Shown here piece after piece: positions 19,084-30,794 of a stretch of 64,000 nt of DNA. Positions within the stretch are counted from its first letter, which is position 1. Every line of letters starts with the position of its first letter. The stretch is from an uncultured bacterium. Lineage in GTDB: Bacteria; Chloroflexota; UBA5177; JANWHV01. Location of the stretch: the NCBI GenBank assembly GCA_963729625.1, contig CAVSOU010000007.1, positions 320,001 through 384,000 of the forward strand, in the 5' to 3' direction. Made by a program: the position numbers and the translations under genes. The notes beneath the pieces are model-generated. The model was not told the DNA's origin, did no database searches, and saw only the letters and a program-made list of their open reading frames with translations.

Positions 19084-20178
19084 ATGCAGACAGGTTATGC
19101 CGCCATCTACCCGCCATTGCGCCTCGATCACCTTGAACGGCTCACCGACGACACGGGAATCATGCAGCACGCCATATACGCAGTGCCCGATCGCCGGCAT
19201 GGCTACTCGATCGACGATCAGGCACGCGCGCTGATCGTCGTTCTCGCTCATGCGAACCTGGCCGGCTGCAAGCGCGCTCCAGAGCGTGCGTACGTTTACG
19301 CAGCCTATCTTCAACACGCGGCGAGTCCTTCCGGCGGATTTCACAATTTTCTCTCGTTCGGTCGCACCTGGCTTGACGAGCGTGGATCGGATGACTGCTA
19401 TGGACGTGCTATCTGGGCGCTCGGCTACGCCCAACGATTCGGGATGGATCGAGGGCTTACCGAACTTGCCGCGGAACTGTTCGCTTCCCAGGCAGACCAG
19501 CTCGAGGGGCTGTCGTATCCGAGATCGCAAGCATTCGCCCTGTTTGGACTCTACCACAGGCTCAAAGTCGAGCCGAATAGGTTCCTCCTGGCGACGGCAC
19601 GCCGGCTAGCGGACCGGATCGTACAACGATTCAATGCGACATCGTCACCCGACTGGCTATGGTTTGAAGACTCGCTCACCTACTGCAACGCAAAGCTCCC
19701 GGCAGCCCTGCTCCTGGCCTTTGAGCTTACTGGATATGCGGGCTATTTGAGCATCGCCACGACGGCTCTTCGCTGGCTCTTCAGCGTCGTGTTCAATGGT
19801 GATGGCGAACTGCGACTGGTCGGACAAGACGGATGGTATCCGCGCAATGGAGTGAAGGCTGCATTTGACGAGCAGTGCGTCGATGCGCAAGGAATCGTGG
19901 AGGCGGCGACCATAGCTGAGCGAATCACGGGAGAGGCTCATTGGCGGCGAGATGCCATGGCTGCCTTTGGCTGGTTCCTCGGCCGAAACGTGCGCCGCAT
20001 TCCCCTGGTCGACACTATCACCTGGGGTTGCTACGACGGGATTATGTCGGACCGCCTCAACGATAATATGGGCGCTGAGTCGACAGTGTGCTATCTCCTG
20101 GCCTACCTGTCACTTGTCGAAGCGGGCGCTCTCACGCTTGAGGGCACGATGCCACACGACGCGCCCTCGCCCACGTGA
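19084..20178 (+). CDS. Six-hairpin glycosidase-like protein (domain usually linked to GT4 glycosyltransferases)
   Basis: DHLERLTDDTGIMQHA, GYSIDDQARAL, WLWFEDSLTYCNA, FDEQ and NMGAEST motifs. Confidence 0.75.
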   Translation: MQTGYAAIYPPLRLDHLERLTDDTGIMQHAIYAVPDRRHGYSIDDQARALIVVLAHANLAGCKRAPERAYVYAAYLQHAASPSGGFHNFLSFGRTWLDERGSDDCYGRAIWALGYAQRFGMDRGLTELAAELFASQADQLEGLSYPRSQAFALFGLYHRLKVEPNRFLLATARRLADRIVQRFNATSSPDWLWFEDSLTYCNAKLPAALLLAFELTGYAGYLSIATTALRWLFSVVFNGDGELRLVGQDGWYPRNGVKAAFDEQCVDAQGIVEAATIAERITGEAHWRRDAMAAFGWFLGRNVRRIPLVDTITWGCYDGIMSDRLNDNMGAESTVCYLLAYLSLVEAGALTLEGTMPHDAPSPT

Positions 20179-20221
20179 CGCGAGGCAAATGTCAGCGTGC
20201 CCAACCTGGAAATGCAAGCGA

Positions 20222-21364
20222 CTACAGGACTGTGGGCACCCATGCGATCTGGCGGTTGGTGCTTGGGTCGCCAAGGCTGCCGTTCAGGTCGATCCGTGCT
20301 GCTCCAATGCACGTATCGGCCATGCCGTAATACACGTCGAGGCAGTTGTCGCGCCGATCCAGCGCGGTTGGGAACACCACGTCACGAACAACGCCGGAAA
20401 TCTCCTCCGGGAGGTCAGGGACGAGCGTCGGCTCGGGAGAGCGATAGACGATGCGCCGCGGGTCGGCCGCATCGAGAACGAGCGCGGCCGACACGTATCG
20501 GAACCCGGGATGCAAACCCACTCGCGAGCCGGGACCAATACCATGATAGATGGTGAACCATCCCTCGGGCAGCCTGACCGGGGGCGTCCCACCGCCAATG
20601 CGGATTGACTCCCACGGTTGTTCCGGCAGCAGCAGTTCATGATGATGTGAAAATGTCGGCGCGTGAACCGCGCCGTTCGCCGATGGCGAAGCCCAGTCGG
20701 CCTCATCCAGCGGACAATACGAGAGCCACACCGTCCAGAAATCCCGAACGACGTATGGAGGCAGCGGCGCCGGCTGCGGACGCTCGAGCGTATTGCCGAC
20801 CCAGACCTCGAACATCGGTCGGTGCATCAGCACGAGTGAAAGGCGCCCGTCCGGCCCGGTTATTGGCTCCGGAAAAAGCATCGCGTCCTTGTTGCCGTAC
20901 TGAGTCATGTCGGAATCGTGATGTGGCGTCAACTTGATCAGCCCAACGCGCTTCCACTCATAGAGGTCTTTCGAGATTGCCAGGGCCGCGCGTGGCCCGG
21001 ATGAGCTGTATGCGACGTAGACCATGACGTAGATGCCCAGCGCTGCTATGTAGGTGACCCGTGCATCCTCACAGCCACCACCCGACCGCAAGTTCTTCTC
21101 GTATGGCTCGGTCGGCGCCAGGGCGATTCCCTGGCGCTCGACTCCAACGGGAATGCCGCTCCGATCGTACTGGACCTGCGCGATGCCAATGCGCGAGTAA
21201 TTGCCGGGCGCAACTAGCCGCGGAAACAACAGGAAATCGCCGTTCTTCGACCGCGCGCCCCCTGGGTTCAGGACGCCGCCTGCCTCGAGCGCGTTGCCTG
21301 GCTCCGCGCGCATCACGATAGCTAACCGCCGGAGCACATAGGCTTGGCTGGCGGACAAATGCAT
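20222..21364 (-). CDS. GH130-family glycosidase/phosphorylase
   Basis: GVLNPG, GCEDARVT, NKDAMLFPE, HRP, YHG and YYGMAD. GGAAGG RBS before ATG 21364. Confidence 0.88.
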   Translation of the reverse strand: MHLSASQAYVLRRLAIVMRAEPGNALEAGGVLNPGGARSKNGDFLLFPRLVAPGNYSRIGIAQVQYDRSGIPVGVERQGIALAPTEPYEKNLRSGGGCEDARVTYIAALGIYVMVYVAYSSSGPRAALAISKDLYEWKRVGLIKLTPHHDSDMTQYGNKDAMLFPEPITGPDGRLSLVLMHRPMFEVWVGNTLERPQPAPLPPYVVRDFWTVWLSYCPLDEADWASPSANGAVHAPTFSHHHELLLPEQPWESIRIGGGTPPVRLPEGWFTIYHGIGPGSRVGLHPGFRYVSAALVLDAADPRRIVYRSPEPTLVPDLPEEISGVVRDVVFPTALDRRDNCLDVYYGMADTCIGAARIDLNGSLGDPSTNRQIAWVPTVL

Positions 21365-21858
21365 GACGATACCTTCCGTCGCTTGCTGCATGGGTCTGAC
21401 TGTTTCTGCTGATCGACCGAGAGTCGCGTTCGCTGCACTACCCATGGTACGGGCAAATCGCTCACAGCAACACCCCCCAAATATGCGCCCTGCGGCTCCG
21501 GCAAGGTACCGGCGATGCAGGGCGAACGACAGCCAGGAACGCGCTCGCAATCATGCGAGGGGCCGCGCGGCGCCTGCAAATGGCTTGGGCGTGCCGAACG
21601 CGCTCCATGCCCGTAGCTAGCTCCGCGCCCCGCTGCGCACGACGACGAAGTGGCGCACGATTCGCAGGCAGGGCCCCGAAGGACCGGGGCACGCTGGCCC
21701 GTCCGGGTGAGCCGGCTAGAGTGAAGCCCCGAAGGGATCTCCATCGAGCCGCACGATTCTGGGGGAGCGGACGTCCTCGCCCGCTGTGGCGCGCCGGCTA
21801 TTCACTCCATCGCCAAGACGTGACCACCCTGCGGGTTCCGGAGTGGCATCACTGTAGC

Positions 21859-23502
21859 TCACGACGGAGAGCCTTTCTGATCCCGGTAGCGGCGAATAAG
21901 CGCGTTCGTGGAGCCGTCGTGCCCGAGAGCTGTCGAGCCAGAAGCCTCCAGCTCGGGCGCGATGCGAAGCGCAAGCGCCTTGCCCAGCTCGACACCCCAT
22001 TGGTCGAAGGAATTGATATGCCATATAGCGCCCTGAACAAAGATCTTGTGCTCGTAGAGCGCGATGAGAGAACCGAGAATGCCAGGTGTGAGCTGTTCCG
22101 CCAGAATCGTGTTGGTGGGCCGGTTGCCCTGGAACACGCGGTGAGGCACCTGGTACTCCGGAACACCGGCTGCTTCGACCTCCTCACGGTTCTTCCCGAA
22201 GGCAAGTGCTTCGGTCTGCGCGAGGAAGTTTGCCATAAGCAAATCGTGGTGCGTGCCGATCGGGTTCAGAGACCGAGTAAAAGCTATGAAGTCGCACGGA
22301 ATAAGCTTCGTTCCCTGGTGGATAAGCTGGTAGTATGCGTGCTGGCCGTTGGTGCCGGGCGTGCCCCAGAGTATCGGTCCCGTCTGGAAATCAACAGGTC
22401 TGCCCGAGAGGTCGACATGCTTCCCATTGCTCTCCATGTCGAGTTGCTGCAAATATGCGCTGAACGAGCCGAGGTAGTGGTCATACGGAAGTACGGCAAT
22501 TGATTCGGCGCCGAAGAAATCGACGTACCAGATGCCGATCAACGCCAGGAGCACCGGCAGATTGCGCTCGAACGGCGTGGTACGGAAGTGCACGTCCATT
22601 GCGCGAAAGCCGGCCAGAAACTCGCGGAAACGCTCGGGGCCAATCGCCACCATGAGCGAAAGACCGATTGCCGAATCCACCGAGTAGCGGCCGCCAATCC
22701 AATCCCAGAATCCAAACATGTTTTGCGTGTCGATGCCGAAACTTGCCACCTCCGTCGCATTCGTGGAGACTGCCACGAAGTGTCTGGCGATGGAAGATTC
22801 GTCCTTGAGCCCACGCAGGAGCCATTCACGCGCCGAACGCGCATTGGTGAGCGTTTCCAAGGTCGTGAACGTCTTAGAACAAACGATGAACAGCGTCTCG
22901 GCGGGATCCAGATCTCGCAGGGCCTCGGCAAGATCTGTTGCATCGATATTTGACACGAAGCGCAGCACCAGACGCCTATCGCTATAGAAGCGCAACGCCT
23001 GGTAGCACATAGCAGGGCCGAGGTCGGAACCCCCAATGCCGATGTTCACGACATTGCGTATACGCTTTCCCGTGTGACCGGTCCATTCGCCGGACCGAAC
23101 TTGCGCCGCGAACCGCGCCATCTTGTCGAGCACAGCGTGCACGCCCGGCACGATGTCCACTCCGTCGACCACGATTCTCGCGTCGCGAGGCGCGCGAAGC
23201 GCTGTATGCAGGACCGCGCGTCTTTCCGTCACGTTGATCTTCTCGCCGCTGAACATTGCCTCGATGCGCTCTCGCACACCGGCGTGTTCTGCTAAACGCA
23301 GCAGCAGTTCGAGCGTCTCATCCACGACTCGATTCTTCGAGTAGTCCAGGAACAGGCCGGCGCCCTCGGCTGTATACCGCATGCCGCGCTCAAGGTCACC
23401 AGCAAATATGGAACGCAAATGCAGATCGCGGACAGCTTCATAGTGCGCGGCTAGCGCCCGCCAGGCGTCGGTCTCCGAACGTGGAGTTGCATCGGCGGCC
23501 AT
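21859..23502 (-). CDS. pgi: Glucose-6-phosphate isomerase
   Basis: [33 protein letters not shown] and [10 protein letters not shown]. Confidence 0.98.
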   Translation of the reverse strand: MAADATPRSETDAWRALAAHYEAVRDLHLRSIFAGDLERGMRYTAEGAGLFLDYSKNRVVDETLELLLRLAEHAGVRERIEAMFSGEKINVTERRAVLHTALRAPRDARIVVDGVDIVPGVHAVLDKMARFAAQVRSGEWTGHTGKRIRNVVNIGIGGSDLGPAMCYQALRFYSDRRLVLRFVSNIDATDLAEALRDLDPAETLFIVCSKTFTTLETLTNARSAREWLLRGLKDESSIARHFVAVSTNATEVASFGIDTQNMFGFWDWIGGRYSVDSAIGLSLMVAIGPERFREFLAGFRAMDVHFRTTPFERNLPVLLALIGIWYVDFFGAESIAVLPYDHYLGSFSAYLQQLDMESNGKHVDLSGRPVDFQTGPILWGTPGTNGQHAYYQLIHQGTKLIPCDFIAFTRSLNPIGTHHDLLMANFLAQTEALAFGKNREEVEAAGVPEYQVPHRVFQGNRPTNTILAEQLTPGILGSLIALYEHKIFVQGAIWHINSFDQWGVELGKALALRIAPELEASGSTALGHDGSTNALIRRYRDQKGSPS

Positions 23503-23655
23503 AGGTGTCGTCTCCCTCTCTTAACCGTGCGAAACGATGACAACACGCGTGGTTGTCCCCAGCACGATCAAGCATAGCGCCATAGGTACTGTGGATGTCA
23601 CGGCTTGAGGGCATCGGCACGCGACGCCGTCCTCAGCGCCGAATCTCAGACCTAC

Positions 23656-24324
23656 CTATCGACGACGTAAGGCGCCTAGGGCCATCAACCGCCGTACTTC
23701 GTCGTCGTCAACCTGCTCGAAATCCACGTACCAATCGCCCACGGCGACGAACGGATCCGGAGTGTAGGCGCATATCACTTCGTCGGCATATTGCTCCATT
23801 TGTTTGCACCCGGTCGGCGAGCCAACCGGGGCCGCCACTACGACGCGCGCCGGGTGCCGTGCTCGTAGCGCAACAGCCGCGGCACGCATCGAGGCCCCGG
23901 TGGCAAGGCCATCGTCCACCAGAATAGCGATATGCCGGCTCACCAGCATGGCCGGACCGCCACGCCGATATGCCTCTTCTTTCCGCGCAAGCTCCGCACG
24001 CGCGCGACCGACGGCTGCCGAGAGCTTTTCCTGGGACACGTGAAGGTCTTCCAGGAGCAGGTCGTTCCACACGACAACCCCACCAGAGGCAATCGCGCCA
24101 AGAGCGAGCTCAGGGTTCCAGGGAGCTCCGATCTTGCGGACGAGGCAAATATCGAGCGGCGCAGCAAGCTCGCGAGCCACCGTTGCGGCCACCGGCACGC
24201 CTCCGCGCGGCAGTCCGAGAATAACAACGTCAGGGCGACGGGCATAATGCCCAAGCTTCTCTGAGAGAGCCCTACCAGCGGCCTCCCGATTGGCAAACGG
24301 CAGCGAATCGCCTCTGTGCGCCAT
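23656..24324 (-). CDS. Phosphoribosyltransferase-family protein (Rv0571c-like)
   Basis: LGLPRGGVPVA, RKIGAP and VDDGLATG PRPP-binding motif. Confidence 0.9.
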   Translation of the reverse strand: MAHRGDSLPFANREAAGRALSEKLGHYARRPDVVILGLPRGGVPVAATVARELAAPLDICLVRKIGAPWNPELALGAIASGGVVVWNDLLLEDLHVSQEKLSAAVGRARAELARKEEAYRRGGPAMLVSRHIAILVDDGLATGASMRAAAVALRARHPARVVVAAPVGSPTGCKQMEQYADEVICAYTPDPFVAVGDWYVDFEQVDDDEVRRLMALGALRRR

Positions 24325-24633
24325 CCATCAACCCCGCCTGGCGCCGTTGTCGCCGTGCAAGCCGTCAGTCGCCGCCCGGAAACCCTCTGCTGGCCGGCGC
24401 CAGCGTCAGTCCTTCCTTCAAAATAGCATCGATCCAACTCGTCCTGGCAGCGATCGACAGCGGTGCTGCAGGCTTGCCGCATGGGCGGGCCCGTGGATGC
24501 CGAGACGCGCACGCCGTATGTCGAGCGAGGCGCGTGACGGCGGGGCCGAAGCTCGAAATCGTGGGCGTCCTCAGGCCATGGGCGCTAAGGGGTGCCTGGA
24601 GCCCGCAACGCTGGTCCGCCCGTACGTGGCGAT

Positions 24634-25095
24634 CTAGTTGAGGTTCCTGGACTTCCGGACCACGAGATGCGCCCACTCGTCTGCCTTCAGCTCTTCGCCA
24701 ACGTCGATCGGACCTTCTGGGCTCGAGACGACGAAGCTCATGGGACCGGCGACGAGAACCGCGCCCAAGCCTCGCACACGGCGTGCGACGCGATGCGCGG
24801 CCGAGCCGGTTCCCAGCCACGATCCGTGTTCGCGCGTGTCGAACACGGCTACGTGTTTCCCCAGCAGGCCGCTGGGCGGCACGTTGTCGAGGAATTCCCT
24901 GATTGCCGGCGTTAGGCCATGATCGTCTGGGGGCGCCCCAAGTACGAGCAGATCCGCTCTGGCTATGTCGCCGAGGGTGAGTGAACGGATAGGGATCATC
25001 TCGGCGTCCCCATGCTCCTTCAGCTTTTCCACAATCTCCTTTGCCAGATGTTCAGTCTGGCTATAATGCGCGTCGAACAGAACCAGCGTGTTCAT
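24634..25095 (-). CDS. Flavodoxin-family protein
   Basis: LVLFDAHYSQTEHLA (degenerate FMN loop), LLVLGAP and AVFDTR. GGAGG RBS. Confidence 0.8.
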   Translation of the reverse strand: MNTLVLFDAHYSQTEHLAKEIVEKLKEHGDAEMIPIRSLTLGDIARADLLVLGAPPDDHGLTPAIREFLDNVPPSGLLGKHVAVFDTREHGSWLGTGSAAHRVARRVRGLGAVLVAGPMSFVVSSPEGPIDVGEELKADEWAHLVVRKSRNLN

Positions 25096-25339
25096 CGTTG
25101 AACCTCCAAGGCGGTGGCGACATCATTGTCCCGCCTATCACATCCGCAGCTGACCTCGGGCAACTGCCTTCGCTACTATTCTCCTCCGAGCTAAGAATGC
25201 TAGCAAGAGCCAAATGTACGCTCATCCCACCCAAATGTCTGCCCGATCTGGCTAGCCGAGCAAAGCGCGCGCACAGTGCAATCGTGACTGGACGCGAGCC
25301 AGCTGCCATGGCACACTGTCCACGAATACGCTAGAGACC

Positions 25340-25355
25340 TGCAACAGTTGTTGCA
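25340..25355. promoter_or_regulatory. Inverted repeat, candidate MarR operator
   Basis: TGCAACA-GT-TGTTGCA just upstream of the MarR start. Confidence 0.55.
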
Positions 25356-25369
25356 ATCAAGGATTTGCC

Positions 25370-25828
25370 ATGGGTGGCCCGATTCCTGTATCGGTCGAGG
25401 TGGATGCGCTGCGATTGGCCGGCGGTCTACTGCAGTTTGTGCGGATCCTGGACCAGCAGGTTCGTCTTGCCAGGCCTGAAGACGGCCTGAATCTCGCGGA
25501 GCTCAGCGTCCTGGGTGCAGTTGAGCGCGGCGCTGACACGCCGTCGGCGGTCGCGCGCGCAGTGCACCTCGACCCGGCAAGAATAACGCACATTACCGAC
25601 CACCTGGTGTTGCTCGGTTACCTTTGCCGAGAGCTCGATCAGATCGACCGTCGCCGGTGGCGGATTCAATTGACTCCCTCGGGCACAGTGCGAGTCGAGA
25701 GCGGGCGTCTCGACATCGACCGCTGCATGCATCACCTGCTCGCGGGGCTCACGCCAGACGAAATGGACGGCATGTTGCGGGCTCTTGAGGGCATCCGCAG
25801 GGTGGTAGCCGCGCGCGAATCAACCTAA
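25370..25828 (+). CDS. MarR family transcriptional regulator
   Basis: LNLAELSVL, wHTH, and DRRRWRIQLTPSG. Confidence 0.88.
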   Translation: MGGPIPVSVEVDALRLAGGLLQFVRILDQQVRLARPEDGLNLAELSVLGAVERGADTPSAVARAVHLDPARITHITDHLVLLGYLCRELDQIDRRRWRIQLTPSGTVRVESGRLDIDRCMHHLLAGLTPDEMDGMLRALEGIRRVVAAREST

Positions 25829-25977
25829 ACGTGGCCCGGTCCGCGTCCGCGGCTATCCGGCCGTGAGCGGGCCGCGGCATTGCTACAATGCTTACTGCGG
25901 TGGCAACGTGTCGACCGGACGCGGCCCTGATCTGCCCATCGATACGCAGGGCGGACAACATGGTAGGAGAGTAGAGA

Positions 25978-26457
25978 ATGGCAGCGCCTGGGATGGACCT
26001 CACGGCGTACTCTTGGCTCAAAGACCTGACTCCGGCGCAGCAACGGCTGCTATCGGTGGGAAGCGCACTGGTAGAATTCCCGGCTGGACACACGATCACG
26101 CGCGCAGGCGAGCCGGCAACACGTTTCTTCCTCATCAATCAGGGTGCCGTGAAACTTGAAGTGTTCGTCTCGGAACGCGGTCCTGTGGCCATTGCCGTCG
26201 TGTCCACCGGTGAGCCGCTTGGTTGGTCGTCACTTGTGCCGCCGTTCCGTTCGCACTACGATGCCACCGCTCTTGATCCCGTGAAAGCAGTCGCGTTCGA
26301 AGCGTCGCGAATCCGTGAGTTATGCAACGCGGACCACGATCTCGGTTTCAAGCTTTTCGACAGACTGGCCGTACTGATCACGGAGAGGCTGAATGCAACG
26401 CGCCTGCAGCTGACAGGGTTATTCGTCGGCAATCAAGAAGGCACAGGCTGGGTATAG
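25978..26457 (+). CDS. Stand-alone cyclic nucleotide-binding (Crp-like) domain protein
   Basis: FPAGHTITRAGEPATRFFLINQG, GEPLGWSSL and RLNATRLQL; no HTH. Confidence 0.85.
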   Translation: MAAPGMDLTAYSWLKDLTPAQQRLLSVGSALVEFPAGHTITRAGEPATRFFLINQGAVKLEVFVSERGPVAIAVVSTGEPLGWSSLVPPFRSHYDATALDPVKAVAFEASRIRELCNADHDLGFKLFDRLAVLITERLNATRLQLTGLFVGNQEGTGWV

Positions 26458-26496
26458 AGGGTCGAGACGACCTCAGTGCGCGGCGGCGCGCCAGAT

Positions 26497-27828
26497 TCAC
26501 GATGCTGGGAGAGTCACTGTGAATACGGCGCCATGCGGCGCAGCATTCGCGACTTTGATCTGGCCGCCGTGAGCCTGGGCAATCCATCGTCCAATTGCCA
26601 GACCCAGACCACCCCCCTCGACCTTCCTGTCCCGTGCGCCGCGGTAGAATCGGTCGAACACCTGAGGCAGATCCTTTGCGTCGATTCCCGGACCAGAATC
26701 CTCGACCTGAAGTGTCACGCGGTTGCCATGGCGGGCCAAGCGCACGACGATCGTGCCACGTGGAGGTGTGTGCTTCAGGGCATTGTCGAGCAGTATGAGG
26801 AGCAGCTGGCGCAAACGGATCCAGTCGCCTGCAAGCCACAGCGTCTCCGGCGCGTCGACGGTGAGCCGCACGTCGCGTTCATCAGCCAGCAATTCGATTG
26901 CCGACACCGCGGCTCGGGCGAGCTCCGCCACGTCCAGAGGCTGCGTCTCGAGGCTCATGACACCGCTATCTGCGTGTGCCAGCAGAGCAAGATCGTCGAC
27001 CAATCTCGCCAGATGCACACTTTCGGCCAGGGCCTGCTCGAGCGAGGACTGCTGCTCGGCGCTGTCCGCGCTTTCGAGGCCAAGCTCTGCCGCTGTGCGC
27101 AAAATGGCGACAGGTGTACGCAGCTCATGCGCCGCATCGGCTACGAAATCGCGCTGGCGGCGAATGGCGCGCCGTATCGGTTGCATTGCCCTCCTGACCA
27201 CGATGAGTGTGATCGCCGCCGAGGCGAGAAGGCCCGCGGCACTGGCGATCAGTAGTTGGCGCAGAACGTCATTCACACTCTCGTCGTATTGTCGCATCGA
27301 GACGCCGAACTCCGCGACCCCAACCGTCGATCGCTCATCCACGAGCGGCTCGGTGAGGATAAGGAAATGGTCACCGCCTGGGCCCAGGCGGGTCGTGAAG
27401 CGGTCCCTATGGCTGGCAAGCACCGATCGCGCAGCCTCCGCGTCCGGTAATTTTCCGCCGAACACCGTGATCGCGCCGCCCCGTACGTGAAGATTGGTAT
27501 CGGCCACTGTGATGATCACGCCGCCGAGCGTCAGCTCGCTCTCCGTCGTATCCCTGATGCGCTCGTGCGTATCGATATCAGGCCTGATGGCTTCGACCAG
27601 TTGTGGCAGATTGATCGCCGCCCGGGCCGTCAACGTGTCTCGAAGCGACTGCTCCATCGCCGAGCGTGTGGTGATGAACACGACGGTCAGCATCGCCACG
27701 ACCAGCAGAACCAGAGAACCGACGGTCAGGAGAGCCAAGCGCCGGCTGACGCCACCAACTATGGCCCGATCTGGATCGGCGACAAGGTGACCCGACGGTG
27801 GCCGCTGAGGATCGGCGCGCTTTCCCAC
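26497..27828 (-). CDS. Membrane sensor histidine kinase (HisKA)
   Basis: Two TMs, FVADAAHELRTP, LLDNALKH, DSGPGI and GLGL. Confidence 0.92.
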   Translation of the reverse strand: MGKRADPQRPPSGHLVADPDRAIVGGVSRRLALLTVGSLVLLVVAMLTVVFITTRSAMEQSLRDTLTARAAINLPQLVEAIRPDIDTHERIRDTTESELTLGGVIITVADTNLHVRGGAITVFGGKLPDAEAARSVLASHRDRFTTRLGPGGDHFLILTEPLVDERSTVGVAEFGVSMRQYDESVNDVLRQLLIASAAGLLASAAITLIVVRRAMQPIRRAIRRQRDFVADAAHELRTPVAILRTAAELGLESADSAEQQSSLEQALAESVHLARLVDDLALLAHADSGVMSLETQPLDVAELARAAVSAIELLADERDVRLTVDAPETLWLAGDWIRLRQLLLILLDNALKHTPPRGTIVVRLARHGNRVTLQVEDSGPGIDAKDLPQVFDRFYRGARDRKVEGGGLGLAIGRWIAQAHGGQIKVANAAPHGAVFTVTLPAS

Positions 27829-27835
27829 CCTTCCG

Positions 27836-28504
27836 TCATCCCTTGATCATATAACCAACGCCGCGGACCGTGTGGATGAGCTGCTGCTCGAATCCCTGGT
27901 CAACTTCCTTGCGCAGCCGCAATATCGCGGCATCAACGACGTTCGTGAACGCTTCATAGCCGTAGTCCCAGACGCGCTCGAGAATCATCGTCCTGCTACG
28001 CACGCGGCCAGGGTTTCGCATGAGGTACTCGAGAAGAGCGTACTCGCGAGGTGCAAGCGTCAGCTCTCGGCCGCCGCGAGCAACCTGATGCGATACTCGA
28101 TCGAGCACCAGGTCGGCAACCACAAGTTTGTCCTCTTCCAGCAGAGCTCCGCGGCGAGTGATGGCTCGAAGACGCGCAAGCAGTTCTGCGAACGCGAAGG
28201 GCTTCGCTAGGAAATCGTCTGCCCCGGCGTTGAAGCCCTCCAGACGCTGGTGAAGTGCGTTCCTTGCAGTAAGCATAAGCACGGGGATCGTGGAGCCGTG
28301 CTCGCGCAGCCTCCGAGAGATTTCCAAACCATCCAGGCCCGGCAACGTGAGGTCCAGGATTATTGCGTCGTAGGCGTCGCCTTCCGCGTACTCCAGCCCT
28401 TGCACGCCATCTGCCACGTGGTCGACTACGTGGCCCTCCCCCTTCAAGCCCTTACGCAGCAGACCCGCCAAACGTTCGTCGTCTTCGACTATCAAGAGGT
28501 GCAA
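27836..28504 (-). CDS. OmpR-family response regulator
   Basis: LLIVEDD, ILDLTLPGLDG, GADDFLAKPF and HTVRGVGY. Probable TTG start after GGAGAGG. Confidence 0.92.
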   Translation of the reverse strand: MHLLIVEDDERLAGLLRKGLKGEGHVVDHVADGVQGLEYAEGDAYDAIILDLTLPGLDGLEISRRLREHGSTIPVLMLTARNALHQRLEGFNAGADDFLAKPFAFAELLARLRAITRRGALLEEDKLVVADLVLDRVSHQVARGGRELTLAPREYALLEYLMRNPGRVRSRTMILERVWDYGYEAFTNVVDAAILRLRKEVDQGFEQQLIHTVRGVGYMIKG

Positions 28505-28605
28505 CGGATGCCATCCTCTCCCTGGCTCATAGGCGCAGGTATTCATTGACTTGATACAAAGCCTTCGAATACACCCGGATGGTAACGGCGATTGGGGGAT
28601 CGACG

Positions 28606-29664
28606 CTAGCAGATACGCGGGAGTTGCTCGCCGATCTGCATGGTCACCACTCGTGTAGCACCGATACCGGTCGTAGCGACCACCATCCCGGGATGGCGAT
28701 CAACAACCGTGCCTATCGCCACGGCGCGCGCGCCGAGCGGATGCGCGCGCATGCGCGCCAGCACTCTATCGGCGTCGGCAGGCGCTACGAAGGCCAGCAG
28801 TTTTCCCTCGTTCGCTACGTGAAGAGGATCCATTCCTAGTAACTCGCAGGCTGAGGCGACCGGCGGATTGACGGGAATGTCTTGCTCCCGAATGACGATA
28901 CCGACGTGCGAGGCCGACGCGATTTCGTTTAGCACCGCGGATACTCCGCCTCGTGTGGCATCACGAAGCACATGCACGGAAGGGCTCTCCGACAGCATCT
29001 CAGCCACCAGTCCGTTCAGCGGCGCGCAGTCCGATACGATGCGCGATTCGAACTCCAGCCCCTCGCGCACACTCATGATCGCCATCCCGTGGTCGCCGAT
29101 GGTACCGCTGACCATCACTACGTCTCCTGGTCGCGCGCGGCTGGGGCCGATCGTCACGCCATCGGGCACGATGCCGATTCCACTCGTGTTGATGAAGATC
29201 CCGTCGCCGTGGCCTCGTTCCACTACCTTGGTATCGCCCGTCACAAGACGCACTCCGGCAGCCAAGGCGGCAGCTGCCATCCGATCGATCACCTTTCCAA
29301 GGACCGAGATCGGGAGACCCTCTTCGAGAATGAACCCAACGCTCAAGTAGAGCGGCTGCGCGCCGCTCATTGCAATGTCGTTAACCGTGCCGTTGACGGC
29401 AAGCTCGCCTATGCTGCCCCCAGGGAAGAAGAGCGGCCGCACGACGAACGAGTCCGTGGAAAAGGCAAGTCGCCCTCCCAGCGCAGGCAGCACCGCCGTG
29501 TCGCCGAGATCCTCGAGGATCTCGTTGCGAAACGCAGGCAAGAACAGGTGCTCGATCAACTCCGCCGTGAGCTTCCCACCGCCGCCGTGGCCCAGAATGA
29601 TATTCGGGTGGTCACGCAACGGCAGGGGGCAAGTCCAGCCCTCGACGTTCAACGGCTCAGTCAT
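28606..29664 (-). CDS. hypE: Hydrogenase maturation protein HypE
   Basis: GHGGGG, STDSFVV, GDTKVV and C-terminal LPRIC. Confidence 0.97.
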   Translation of the reverse strand: MTEPLNVEGWTCPLPLRDHPNIILGHGGGGKLTAELIEHLFLPAFRNEILEDLGDTAVLPALGGRLAFSTDSFVVRPLFFPGGSIGELAVNGTVNDIAMSGAQPLYLSVGFILEEGLPISVLGKVIDRMAAAALAAGVRLVTGDTKVVERGHGDGIFINTSGIGIVPDGVTIGPSRARPGDVVMVSGTIGDHGMAIMSVREGLEFESRIVSDCAPLNGLVAEMLSESPSVHVLRDATRGGVSAVLNEIASASHVGIVIREQDIPVNPPVASACELLGMDPLHVANEGKLLAFVAPADADRVLARMRAHPLGARAVAIGTVVDRHPGMVVATTGIGATRVVTMQIGEQLPRIC

Positions 29665-30770
29665 GCCCCGGCATTCTCCTGTTCCACGAAGCGCCCGTAT
29701 TGATAGTACGCGGCGCACGCACCTTCGCTCGATACCATCGTGGCGCCAAGCGGTCTGCGCGGCGTGCACTCTTTACCAAACGCGGCACACTGGTTGGGCT
29801 TGATGAGGCCCTGCAGAACTTCGCCGCTCCGGCACAGGCCCGATTCCTTGGTGGCGATAGCCGCGACGCCATAGCGCTGCTCCGCGTCGAAGGTCGCGAA
29901 TTCGGGGCGCAGCCGCCAGCCGCTGCGCGGAATCACACCGATGCCGCGCCATGCGCGGTCGGTGACCTCGAACACCTGCCGCAGGATCCGCTGAGCTGGA
30001 ATGTTCCCCTCCTCCGTCACCGCGCGCTGATATGCATTCTCCACTTCGCCGCGGCTCTGCTCGAGCTGCAGCACGGCTCGACGAATGCCTTCCAGCACAT
30101 CGAGCGGCTCAAAGCCGGTCACGACAATGGGAACCTTATGGCGCTCCGCGATGCCGATGTACTCCCTGTATCCCATAACCGCGCACACATGCCCGGCGGC
30201 AAGGAATCCTTGAACCCTGTGAGCCGGCGAAGCAAGTATAGCTTCGATCGCCGGTGGCACGAGCACATGCGACACCAGCATCGAAAAGTTCGAAAGGCTT
30301 TGCTGGCGTGCTTGCAAAACAGCCATCGCATTTGCAGGAGCGGTCGTCTCGAAGCCAATTCCGAAGAACACGACACCTTTCGTGGGATTGTCGCGAGCGA
30401 TCTTGAGTGCATCGAGCGGTGAGTAGACAATGCGAACGTCTCCGCCCTCGCTCTTCACAGAAAAGAGATCCTTACCACTACCGGGAACGCGCAACATGTC
30501 GCCAAACGAACAGAAGATAACGCCAGGCATCGCGGCAATCGCCAAGGCCTTGTCGATCACATCCAGCGGAGTGACGCAGACCGGGCAGCCGGGACCGTGG
30601 ATAAGCTCAATCCTGGAAGGCAGCAACTGGTCGATCCCGTTTCGGATGATCGAGTGTGTCTGCCCTCCGCACACTTCCATGAGCGCCCAATCCCTGGTCG
30701 TCACACGGGCGATGTCGTCCAGAAGCGTCTTCGCCAGCTTGCCGTCGCGGAACTCAGCAAGGTACTTCAT
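29661..30770 (-). CDS. hypD: Hydrogenase maturation protein HypD
   Basis: [21 protein letters not shown] and [10 protein letters not shown]. Confidence 0.97.
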   Translation of the reverse strand: MKYLAEFRDGKLAKTLLDDIARVTTRDWALMEVCGGQTHSIIRNGIDQLLPSRIELIHGPGCPVCVTPLDVIDKALAIAAMPGVIFCSFGDMLRVPGSGKDLFSVKSEGGDVRIVYSPLDALKIARDNPTKGVVFFGIGFETTAPANAMAVLQARQQSLSNFSMLVSHVLVPPAIEAILASPAHRVQGFLAAGHVCAVMGYREYIGIAERHKVPIVVTGFEPLDVLEGIRRAVLQLEQSRGEVENAYQRAVTEEGNIPAQRILRQVFEVTDRAWRGIGVIPRSGWRLRPEFATFDAEQRYGVAAIATKESGLCRSGEVLQGLIKPNQCAAFGKECTPRRPLGATMVSSEGACAAYYQYGRFVEQENAGA

Positions 30771-30794
30771 GCTCGTGACCCCTCAGACCGCGTG

